A DNA stretch of 64,000 nt from Amoebidium appalachense. Taxonomy: Eukaryota; Protista; Ichthyosporea. The notes under the pieces are model-generated. The model had not been told where the DNA came from and made no database searches. It saw only the letters and a program-made list of their open reading frames with translations. Below are positions 52,372 through 64,000 of the stretch, in pieces. The stretch's first letter is position 1. Every line of letters begins with the position of its first letter. Location: contig CAVNZM010000007.1 of assembly GCA_963693365.1 (NCBI GenBank), positions 4,213,962 through 4,277,961 on the forward strand. Direction: 5' to 3'. Both the position numbers and the translations under genes were made by a program.

Positions 52372-55347
52372 AGTACCTTCTGCCCACTGGTCAGTTTCTG
52401 TACATTGCGCAACACTCATTTGTCGTTTTCGGATTAGGGGTGATTTGTTTGGTTTTTATTCGTTTCTTCGAAACTGTTTGTGGTAACTAGATGCTAAAAG
52501 GGTTATTTGAAGTGTGTGTACCGAAAAAAACGAATTTGAAAGCTGATGTCAATGTTTCTCAAACGAAAAAATGCACCTGTGGTGCAAAAGCAACAACGTG
52601 AACGTTTAAAGTATGCATCTTTGGCACGCATTTGTAACAAGTTTGACGTTTTTCTTGGCTCAGGCCTATGGCCTCCCGGTGCCAGAACCCGTAAAGTGCA
52701 AAATAAGCCATACCAACAAGCATTCCGAGAAATTATTGTAGTCATGGGGTGCGCAAACACTACAAAGTTCTCCGTAAATTGAAGCTCAAAATCGTTGAAT
52801 GCCTACCATTACTTACTAAGCCACTACCCCGCCAAGAATTTTTCTACGGTTTTTTTGTGATGTGCTTGTTCCCTGTCACGTTAGGGTAAAATGGTGAGAA
52901 AAAGAGAGTAACACGTGCAAAACTGACCCTGCGCCAGGCGTTTTTATATGATGACGTCATACAGTACTCTGGTTGGAGCATTTATCGATTCAGGTCGGAT
53001 CAGTGCTATTGGTAAACACCATAGCCCAGTATACATGCGGAATTAGCTAAAACATGCACGACAGAGCAGCCAATTCTTTTGATGAAGGTACCGGGAAAAA
53101 AGCACTGAGGAAAACAATAAAACGGCCAAACCAACCGAACCTTCATACAAAGGTCACATCGTCTCAAAAAACAAAACTTATGAGATGAAGTTACAGCAAA
53201 CTTGAACTCTGTGTGCTTTTTTATGTAGTCTCGTAAAGCTGTTTCTTTACAAAGATATGTACGATTGGTTGCTGATCAGTACTCATGATCACCGATTGAA
53301 ACGAACGGCCTGGCACATGCGCAGAGGAATATTAGCCACCACAAACTTAACTTTTCAAAGGAAGCAGCAAATATAAATACACATCAGCAAAAAAAAGGCC
53401 ACTAGAAAAAAAAAGAAAAGAGACATAGGAGCCTGAGGCACAGAGAAGCAAGGAAGAATGAGCAAGAAACACAGACAGTGAAAATAGTAAGTCAATCGGG
53501 GCGAAGAAAACGCTGAACGAGAAGTCGAAAGCGAAAAGTCTGCAAAGCACAGGCAGAAAAGCAGCATGTTGTTGGCTTGGCCGAATCCGGTGCCCCAGAA
53601 GCTACAGAAGAGACACCAGGGATTTACAGAATTCGCCTCAAAGAAGAAAAATTTGAGGGCAACAAGAAAAACGTGACGTCTCCGGCTCATAGCAGAGAAC
53701 TGTGGTTGAAGCGCATAAAACACATCACCGCATTATTCGGCACATATGTTTGATTGCGTAGGCTGAATGTGTGTATCAGGTGGGAGGGAGGGCTTGCGAG
53801 AAAAGTGGTGTAGGGGTAGGAGTAACACGCATGTGGAAGGTTCGGAGCCCTCCCCCCTCCCCCCCTCCCCCCCCCCCCTCCCCCCTCCCCTCACCCTTCC
53901 CCCCCCCCCCCCCCCCACCACCACCACCACCACCACACACACACACACACCTACCTCCCCACAACAAAAACAACAACAACAACAACAACAACAAAAAACC
54001 ACTCTGAGGGTTCATTCACACAAAGGCACGAAGAGAGACACTGTCAGCCTCTTAATACTTAAACAATCATCAAAGTTTACAAAACACAAAAGCATGAGCT
54101 GTCGGCAGTCCTTTTCTTAGCAAGGCCCTTGATGACATGCTGAGTCATCGCTGTAATTCCACAGCCTCAACTGCTCTCATCTTCCCTTTGATATCCCCCG
54201 CCCCTCCCTCCACCTCCCCGCAAACATCAATCCCTTTCCCCCCTCCCCCCCCCCCCCCCCCCCCCCCTCCCCCCGCCTCCCCCCGAAGGGGCCCCAAAGC
54301 TTGCTATCTCAGGACGTTTGTTTCGCAACGGCATAAACTGATGCCCAATGTGCACGAATCGCTTTTCCGGGGAGGGCATACTGTTACAGATATCCCCCCC
54401 CCCCCCCCCCCCCTCCCCTCCCCCCTCCCCCCCCCCCCTTCCCCCCCCCCCCCCCCCCCCCCCCGCTCTCTTCCCTCCTACCACCATCACCAGACACACG
54501 CACGCACACACGCGCACACACGCGCCGCGCACACACACACACACCCGCCACCCAGCCACACAAACCCAGCATGTGGGAAACAAGAAATGCGGGATACCCA
54601 CGTTACCTCGGAGCTGCCCTCCCTAAACATGCGGTGTACCGGCAACTCCTTCTCTGGCCACGTCAACCCAAAGAAGTCAAACTCCTGCCGGGCATGCCTA
54701 GGCCTATTTGTAAAATTTTAGGCCTGTGCCGTTTGGCGGGTATGCATGCATGGGTGACTGCTTGGGCAAGACTTCACAATTAATCAGCTGCAGTGTCACT
54801 TATGTAGTTGCATGAAGACTAACCTTTTATGGTTAAGTGTGTGTGTGTGTGTGTGTTTGTGCACATGTATGCGACGTGGTGCGTGCAAGTGTACATGACG
54901 TACGCGTGCTTGTGATGTGTATGTGAACGTTCTTGCGTTATGCCACTGTTTACAGGTGTTTGTGCGCGTGTGTGTGCGTGCCCAGGGCTTCAGACCCGTA
55001 AGGCGTGCCCACGCAGAACCAAGAATTGGCTAGTTTATTAATGGAGCAAAGCCCCTTTTCTATTCAAATTATTGATTTCAAGCATTATAAGCAGGATTTG
55101 GTATCTGACCGCCGATCACTCAGCCCTTCATTTCGCCAGTTCGGCTGGCTGGATCTCCCTAGAGCGAAGCAAACACATCGAGATTCTCAATTAGTAAATC
55201 TAAATTGGTCTATTCTTGTGTTTTGGCGCGAAAACACTCACCCACATGCGCTGGCACACTGCGGGTCACAGTGTACATACACACACACGCATACACACAC
55301 CCGCACGCACGCACGCACGCACGCACACACACACGCACACACACACG

Positions 55348-55443
<96 letters not shown>

Positions 55444-55592
55444 TACGCACACACACACGCAAAAACCCACACACACTCGTACTACGTACACACCGACACG
55501 CACAGACACACATGCACTGCGTATGCACACATGTACGCACACACACATACACACACACACACACACACGCACACATATACAGGTGTACACAT

Positions 55593-55627
<35 letters not shown>

Positions 55628-55944
55628 GACCCATGTGCATGCATATGCAACTGGGTGCATGGTAACCAATCTCAGTCAGTCAGTCGTAGCCCACCTGAAT
55701 GTGCGATGCACCGGCACAAGCTGACCAGCTTCTTCAGGCCCAGGAAATTATGGGCGCTAGCTCTCCGGTGGTCAGAGTTTGAAACATATTCGTGCATTTT
55801 CAGAAACATTCGTCTGGGCAGCAAGACCTCCTACTGCATGCTGGGCAGACGTCGACAAGCGTTGTAGGAGATGGTGGTATACGTACTGATTGGAGGAAAT
55901 TAAAACTTCCTGTTTAGCCGGCTGTTGATTGGTCATTTTTTCTA

Positions 55945-56004
55945 CAGTCGTATACCAGCCTTTTTATGATTGGATAACTAAATCGACAGGGCTGAAATTC
56001 ACTG
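55945..56004. mobile_element. Possible tiny Tc1/mariner-type MITE remnant
   Basis: TA|CAGTCGTATACCAGCC ... GGGCTGAAATTCACTG|TA: imperfect CAGT-start TIR with TA on both sides. Confidence 0.25.
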
Positions 56005-56618
56005 TAAAGCGAAAGGTCCGACACGGGAACGGAAATTTAATGCAAGATTCCAAGAGTGCATGCATGCGTGCGAGTGTCTGTTTAAGAACGCGTTGATGTG
56101 CTTGTGCCGTATGTGTTTGTGTGTGCGTGCGTGCGTGGACGCATGATCGATGACGTGTCGCACGTACGGGCACGTTGCAATTGCGCATGCGCGCCGGGGG
56201 CGTCCCCGGAACGTACATGTCTGTGTGTTAGCTTGTGCGTGTGTGCTATGAGGTTGTCGGACGATATATGTTTGCAACTCTGCTGTGAGATTATGTAAGA
56301 CCTCGGTGCTACATGACGTGCAGTGTTGTACCGTGGTGAAGTTTGTGTGCCCGCTCATATTTCCAACCCTGTAGATCGAAAAGCTTCAACTTCGTAACTT
56401 AAGAAATAACTAACCAATCGTGTGCGCATTCGTTTTATTATCACAAATAACGAATGCCTTTTTCTGCTCATGCCTGAGCCTCGCCCGCGGCCCGGGGGCC
56501 GGGGAGCTCGGGCAACCGTTCCAGTCTCAGTTGGTGTGTACCCACCATCACACACGCACAATAAGTTAGGGAGGGAATTATCACGTGCTAACATAGGACA
56601 CCAGGTCAGCCAGTCAGG

Positions 56619-57201
56619 ATGGTTCGCCTGGCCTTTGCAGCACTGATGGCTGCGGCCCTTGCCGTATGCCACGTGCAGGTGCATGCAGACGGGTCGTGTG
56701 AATGCGCAGACTGGGCGGAATGGAGTGAATGCAGCGCGGACTGCGAGCATGGCACACAGACAAGAGAGAGAAAATGCACGTATGCTGAGAGATACGCTAT
56801 CAACAGAGACGAGGGGGAGGCCCGTGAGGTGGGTGGCTGCTTGTTGAATGGGTCATATGCATTGTGGCCCACGGCCAGCCTTAGATAGAACGTACATGTG
56901 CGACTGTTAAACTACATGTGCCGCCCATCCTTGTGTCACGCTTACTCAACAAGTGGTGCAAGGCTACGCTTTCACATGCATTTATCGCTTTCATTATCTC
57001 TGGCCTCAGGCAAGTGGTGGCGGCTGTGGCCATTAGGTAGTAGCACAGCGCTTTGCCTGCATCATTAGTAGCAACAGACATTGCACAAACATTCAGATTT
57101 CTGATTACATACCGGATTTTAAACCTGAACGGAAATCCACCGTAAGCGCACACGCAAGATTACACACACACGGACACACACATGCACGCATACGCGCACA
57201 C

Positions 57202-57267
<66 letters not shown>

Positions 57268-57357
57268 CATTGTGTTGTGCAAGCTCATGCTACGTACAGT
57301 TTTATGTCGTGTACGAAACATGTGTGTGTCTCAGTTTCTATAAGTCCATGTGTTACG

Positions 57358-57418
<61 letters not shown>

Positions 57419-57422
57419 TGTT

Positions 57423-57497
<75 letters not shown>

Positions 57498-57802
57498 ACG
57501 TCGCGCACGTATGTAGCTGGGTGTATGTGTACGTGTGTGTGCGTGTCTGTATGTGTGTGACGCATCGTTTTTGTTGCGTACCGTAGATTGTGCGGGCGTC
57601 TCGCGAGCATGCAAGACGGTATGCATGCATGTATGCGCGCGTACCCGTGCGTGTGTATGTGTGCGTGTGTGCGTGCCTGCCTGCCTGCGTGCGTAAATGC
57701 CTGCCGTGTTTGCGTACGTGGCCGTGTGTGTGCATGCATGCACGGCGGTGTAACTCGTTTGATATTTGCACATACACCCAGCTACATACACGCGCGCGAC
57801 GT

Positions 57803-57852
<50 letters not shown>

Positions 57853-58105
57853 TCACTCACTCACTCACTCACTCACTCACTCCCTCACTCACTCACTCAC
57901 TCACTCACTCACTCACTCACTCACTCACTCACTCACTCACTCACTCACTCACTCACTCACTCACACTCACACTCACTCACTCATGCTACGTCGGTGTGCT
58001 CTTCGCCTGCGCGCGCTCACACACACGTACACATATACACATGCGTTGCGCGCCGTGTACACAGACACAAACACACACAAACAATCACGCACACACGCGC
58101 GCGCG

Positions 58106-58142
<37 letters not shown>

Positions 58143-60161
58143 CGTGACACACACAAACCCAAAGCCTTCCCCCCCCCCCCCCCCTCACCCTTCCCCACCC
58201 CCAATATCTCCATTCCCAGACTTCCCATTCCTCCCCCTTTCACCTCCTCACGTCCGTCCAATTACCTTTGCTGTCCTTTGCCGATAATCGATGCTTCTCT
58301 TACCGATGCTTACCGAGCTTTAACTGCTTTGCAGCATTGTTAACCCTGAGCACTGTTTCGAGCGTGCAGGTCCTTAGGATATGGCGGGTTCCTAGTGCTC
58401 TGCTTTTCCCCACGCCCCCGGGGGCCACCCCCTGAATGGTTTCTGTTTAGCATGGACACTATATGTCCTCCTTTCTGCAAAATATGCATTGCCTTGTCCG
58501 TCATGAATATGCACATCGTACTCTGTAACACGCATGCACACAGGCAGCCATGCCTTCTCGCACACCCTCTCCCCTCCTCCCCCCCCCCCCCCCTCCCCCC
58601 CTTTCTCCCGTCTGTATCCCCCCCCCCCCCCCCCGGAGGATGGGCTCTGCTTATTATGCATACTCTTTATGTATGGCTTGCATTCTGCATCGTGTTATCC
58701 GTTTGTTCTTGTGTACGTCGTACTTTTTGACGCATTCAAACCCCCCCCCCCCCCCCCTCCTTCCCTCTGCCCGTCGCTTTCATCCCCCTTACAGCAGCCT
58801 ATCGTTGTACCATGTTGCCATCCTGCAATATCCAGTAACTTGTGTGCACGTCATGCATTTCGCTAACTAGCCCAAATGACGAAGGCCCCATATTCCTCTC
58901 TTTCACACTTCCTTCACCCTCTCTCCCCTCCCCCTCCCAGCCGACCTTCCCCTTCCTCCTCCCCTTCCCCCCCCCCCCCTCCTCCCGCCCCAACCCCCTT
59001 CGTTTTCCCACGGGCTAACACAGGCACACCACATAAATAAATGATTACGACTGATTAGGCTACTGCAGAGTATACTAATCTTTTCCCCAAACGAAACATA
59101 ACATATTCACTAACAGAAACTATCGTTCACACCTGCAGGGCCCCATAGATCACAGTGTCAACGGTGACAGACCGCACTCCATTGAGGGGGGATCCTATGC
59201 AAACGACATCAGCAAGGGGGGATCCCGTCCCATTGTGCCGCATGCCGATTTGGACACATCTACCGAGCCAAATGAAGCCGGTGATATGAATGACGGGCAG
59301 GGGGGTCCTATAAATCATGCCGTCAAGGGGGACAGGCCCCACTCTATTGCCACACAGAGCGACCAGCCAGCAGGCCAATACCGGACCTACCCGGAGGGGA
59401 CGGTGCTTGATTCCCCCCACTCTATGGAGAACATTCAGAAAGTGCAAGGGGATATTCTGAATACCCCGGGTATTCAGACTGCAGGCGATGAATACATTCC
59501 TTCCCAGGAATATGCACCTTCAGGCTCCGTGCGTGACCACAGCATCCGTGGAAATCGGCCCCATTCGATCCCAATGACTGGGGAAGAGGACAATAGCCAA
59601 TCAGGTGGGCCGAGCAGTGTGGATCACAGTGTGCGCGGTGACCGGCCACACTCTGTTGCAATCGTGGATGACTTCGATTCGAATTCCAATCCTGACCTGG
59701 ATGAGGATTCTACCGTAGGATTCACTGATACTACGGATCCAGGAATCAGCAATGCACGAAGAGATGCCGGTTACTCCGTACGAGGGGGCAGAGCAGTTGC
59801 GCACGGTGTGGGGCGCAGGAGCGCATACCCACCATCCAGCTATGGGCGCTATCATTCCGGCCCGAACACACAGACCACAGATTCGAGTCGGGTCCCTGAT
59901 CGCGGGTCACAAATGCAATGCATGGCCTGGCAGGTGCAGAGGCGGCCCTGCAACACGCACGTGTGTGGGTCAAAGGACCCGGTCACGTGCCACTGCACGG
60001 CATGGTCGGCCTACTCACCGTGCACCCAGCCATGCAGCCCAAATAACACACATGTGCGCCAGAGAGGTACGTATGGGTGTGTGTGGGAGTAAACCCTTGG
60101 TGTTGTTGCACGTATAGTTAGAATATGTGCTGGGAGAGGGCTATAATTCATTAAGGGCTCG

Positions 60162-60234
<73 letters not shown>

Positions 60235-60908
60235 CGCCCCCCTCTCCCCCGGGGCACACATTCTCATTTCTCGAGCTCTTTCTCTCCCCTGCCTGTGCAT
60301 ATTTGCTACTGGTCTTCTGCCGTCTCTCCCCCTTTTCACACGCCCCTTGGCCGTCTGCTGGTGTGGCCTACCACCTATATGCAAATAGCACCTTCCTTGC
60401 TCTTCAATCCCTCCACCTCACAGGCTTTCTCCTCGACCCCTATCGTACTTTATACCCTCAAAGAATTCAAATCATTCCCGTGCCGTTTTCCCTTGAACAA
60501 CCACTCCTCTACCTTATGCCTTTCTGATTCCAAACATTTCCTGATAATCCAACCCCTCCCCCCCCCCCCCCCCCCCCCCCCCCCAACAAAAAAAAAAAAA
60601 CTTACTCAATTCCCGCTGCCAGTGTGTGTGCAGGGATCCAACGGTGGCCTTAGCTGTGAGGCCCTTGGCCTTGAAATGGAGCAGGAGGAGGCATGCAGTG
60701 GCAGTGAGTGTGCCGCTGGGAGAATGATGGCTCCTGGGGCCCTGACGGGTAAGCAATCACAGACAGTAATGTTCACAAACCCGCATAGTGGCTTGAGTTA
60801 ATCTTGTGGCTATTTATAGAACCGCCCTCCCCACACCTCTTCCTCCTCCTCCTGCTCTTTCCCCTCATCCGTCTTTCCTCCCATCCCTCTTGCCCCCATC
60901 CCCCCCCC

Positions 60909-60947
<39 letters not shown>

Positions 60948-62421
60948 CCTTCACACACACATATGCACACATGCACACACAGACACAACCCCTCTCGTAG
61001 CAGCACATCCGATAGACACATCCACACCGCCATGTGGACCAACTAGTTCCCTACTTCCACGTACTTACCTCCTGTCTTCCCTTCCCCCCTCCTCCCCCCC
61101 CCCTCCCCCCTCCCCCCCCTCCCCCCCCCCCCCCCCCCCCCCCCCCCACGCCCCCCCCTTCCACCACTAACACCCCACTAAAAAAAGGGTTTGGGTGGGT
61201 GTGTGCCGGGGGGGGGGGGAGGGGGGACGTGTGATACACCCATGCTCCCAAGTGAAGCAGCGTCTGAGTGGGTTGAACACGCAAGATGAATGGGTCGAAA
61301 CATGAATACTGTACTTGCCTTTGGCTCCCCCAGTGAATGGGCTCTACTTATAATCCATTTTTTTGTGTTCTTTTCAAAGCCCGCATTGTGATAGCAAGTG
61401 TAGATGTGTACCTTATTCATTGTACCGCTTTCCTAACCCCCCCATCCCCCACCGCTTCTCCAACCCCCTCCTCACACCTGATTCATTGCACCCCCTCCCC
61501 CCTCCTCCTCCCCCCTCCTCCCTCCCCCCCCTCCCCCCCCCCCCCCCCCCTCTCCCCCCAAAAAATAAACTTGCGCCCTCCCCTCCCATCTCTGACGTAC
61601 CAAGACTCCTCCCCCTCCCCCACCCCCCCCTCCCCCCCCTCCCCCCATCCACCCCCCAACCCTGGAGGATGGACTCTGCTAACGTTGCATACACTGGTAT
61701 CTCCGTATTTCTGCATTTTCCACATCCCGTTATCTGTTGTTGATCTGTATATCGTCTAAAATTTTCAAAAATGACATCTCACCCTTTTTTGTATTTAGGA
61801 TTTTTATTTTCATCTTATATCCTGACGATACCTTAGTATAAAAGTAGAGAGAGACGTCGCGAGGTGAATTATCTCCAGGGAAGATCCCCAACCTATGTGT
61901 GCCGAAATCAAAAAAAAATAAAAACACCTGCTCCTGCCTCCGAGGAGAGATAATGCACTCCCCTCCCCCTCATCCCCTATCCTCCCCTTCTCCTTCCCCC
62001 CCCCCCCCCCCCCCCCCCCCCCTCCCCCCCCCCCCCCCCCACCACCACCACCACCACCACGACACACACACATACACAAACACAAACACACGTTCACAGC
62101 TGCCACCACTACCACAATATATCGCCCATCCCAAATGCCTACAGTCAGTTCAAAAGACTAACACTTGACACATTGATTTCGTTACAGAACCAGCAAGAAT
62201 CGAGGATGAGGGTGGATCCCTGCGCACTCTCTGGTTTGCCATTCCGGCCGGTATTGTTGGGGTGATGCTGGTGGTGGCATCCACCGTGACTGTGGTGGTG
62301 GTGGTCAAAAAGAGCAGGGAGAGGAAAAGGGGCACGCACAGTGTGCGTGTGCCCATCTTGGACGTGGAGAGGGAGAGCTGTCAGGACCTGGTGAGGGGGT
62401 GTGTGTCGAGCGAATCGATAG
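56619..62421 (+). CDS. Type I membrane protein with signal peptide, two thrombospondin type-1 repeats, repeat insert and TM helix
   Basis: Phase-consistent exons 56619-56779, 59117-60066, 60623-60748, 62188-62421. Signal [17 protein letters not shown]; TSP1 motifs [20 protein letters not shown] and [25 protein letters not shown]; [28 protein letters not shown] followed by KKSRERKR. The 3' end could alternatively splice at CTG|GTGAGG near 62391. Confidence 0.8.
58635..58740 (+). mobile_element. Poly(C)-anchored dispersed repeat, subfamily A, short 5'-truncated copy (TSP1-gene intron)
   Basis: Near-identical to 862-967; embedded between two C-runs. Confidence 0.8.
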
Positions 62422-63420
62422 ACACGGTGCATATTTGATGGTTTACTAAAGTGGTAGGGTAGGTGAGGGTGGTGAGGGACTGGGTGTGCGTGCATGTTGT
62501 GAATGCATGCCTAGGCGGATTGGTTGATTGGGAGGGAGGAAAAAGACTGGTCGACGGTATCTACTAGTCTTCTTTTTGGTAATTTATTTTTCGGTGGCAT
62601 TTTCCTTGTAAGCGTATCTGTATGCTTGTGCACGTGCAAAATCATGCACATATGGACACCCACTCAAACACATGTGCACACGAGCCAAGCGCGCATGCAC
62701 ACACACACAGACACACGCACGCACAAACACACACACACACATACCCACACACACACACACACACGAATTCTACAATTCTTAGATTAATTTTGCAGTCCTC
62801 GCACACCTCGCCTAGGGGGTCCGGGTGTCCCTGCACTGAATGGATACAAATCACCCACTTTCCCCCCGGTGATATTTTTTGACGTCCCTTTGAGTTTTGT
62901 ATCATTTCAAATATTTTGTTAAAAAATTTAAATGCTAAATGATGAATGCAGTAGATATGTTGTACATATATGAATAAATGCCAACCCAAATGCCATCCAT
63001 GCATTCGGCATGTGCCCCTCATCATACTGAGATAATATTCTCATACTGGACGAAATGGAACAAATCACCCAACCAGCGCTCTGACCTCAGTTTGTATTCA
63101 TTAGTGCGCAAGCATCTAAAAAGATGTTTCTTTGTCAGGTATGTCTTGGGGGCAGGAATAATGTTTGTCTTGTCTCTGCCCGTGGAAAGACTATGTGGAA
63201 GGCGCCTCAAGTCATAACGACGGATTCAACAGTCAGTCTCAAGGTGGTATCACGGTATGTGTCCGTCCGTTGAAGTGCCTTAAAGATGAATTTTCGTGTG
63301 TCCCCGGGGAGGAAGGGGGGACATGGGGGAGGATAGGGTTGAGTAAGCCCTTCGTCTCTCTTTCTCCCACAGTCGCCCTCTTATCCCTTAACTCCTCTCT
63401 CTTTCTCTCTCTCTCTCTTT

Positions 63421-63472
<52 letters not shown>

Positions 63473-63476
63473 GAGG

Positions 63477-63526
<50 letters not shown>

Positions 63527-64000
63527 TCTCTTTCTCTCTCTCTCTTCCCCCCCCCTCGCACCCCTTCCCCCCCCCCCCCCGGTCTCTCTTTACCCCCCAC
63601 CCCCTCACCCGCTGTATCTTTTATCCCCCCTCTTTCCCCCTCTTTCCCCCCCCCCTCCTCCCCACACACACACACAAAAATCTCCTTCCAATGTGTGTGC
63701 GTGTGTGTGTGGAAGGGGGGGGGGGGGAGGGGGGGTAATCGAGAGATTGCAATCGAAGACTTCGTGCGTTTAACGAGTAGCACAACCGTACATGCGGTGT
63801 TGATCAATCAGGCCTATCTCATTTAGAAAAAACATTGTTCTTTTTTTTCTTTCACATGAGTTCCCGCTAAGCCCCGGCTCACAACCAACTATAGTGACAC
63901 AACAAGGCTTAATTGCTGCAATGAAATCAACAACCGAAAATCCTTTCTTCCTTTGTTTCTTTTCTTTTTCGTTTTCTTTCTTTCTTTCTTTCTTTCTTTC

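Noticed and set aside
52546-53723. Short ORFs downstream of the transposase
   Set aside because: Short, interrupted, with no recognisable motif or consistent splice pattern.

Overview
Eukaryotic, intron-rich genomic DNA, most consistent with a unicellular holozoan/opisthokont protist (inference from animal-like DECR1, TRA2, LTV1 and TSP1 proteins; not provable here). Introns are packed with (CA)n/(TG)n microsatellites and long poly(C)/poly(G) tracts, so nearly all ORFs in the supplied track are repeat artefacts. Reading splice sites by hand gives six spliced genes: COQ7 (+, 5' end outside the window), LTV1 (-), DECR1 (+), TM9SF4-like (-), TRA2-like SR protein (+) and a TSP1-repeat type I membrane protein (+). 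There is also an intronless piggyBac-family transposase with an extra Tudor-like N-terminal segment, a decayed WD40 gene and a TTAA-flanked long-TIR MITE. The most unusual signal is a non-coding dispersed repeat of about 430 nt (7 copies at 6 loci, 3 subfamilies). Its copies share a 3' end at CATTC(A/T)AA followed by C-runs, are variably 5'-truncated, include a head-to-tail partial tandem, always lie in introns in the host-gene sense, and carry a pseudoknotted RNA fold with compensatory changes between subfamilies. It looks like a non-autonomous poly(C)-targeting retroelement carrying a structured RNA I cannot assign to a known class.
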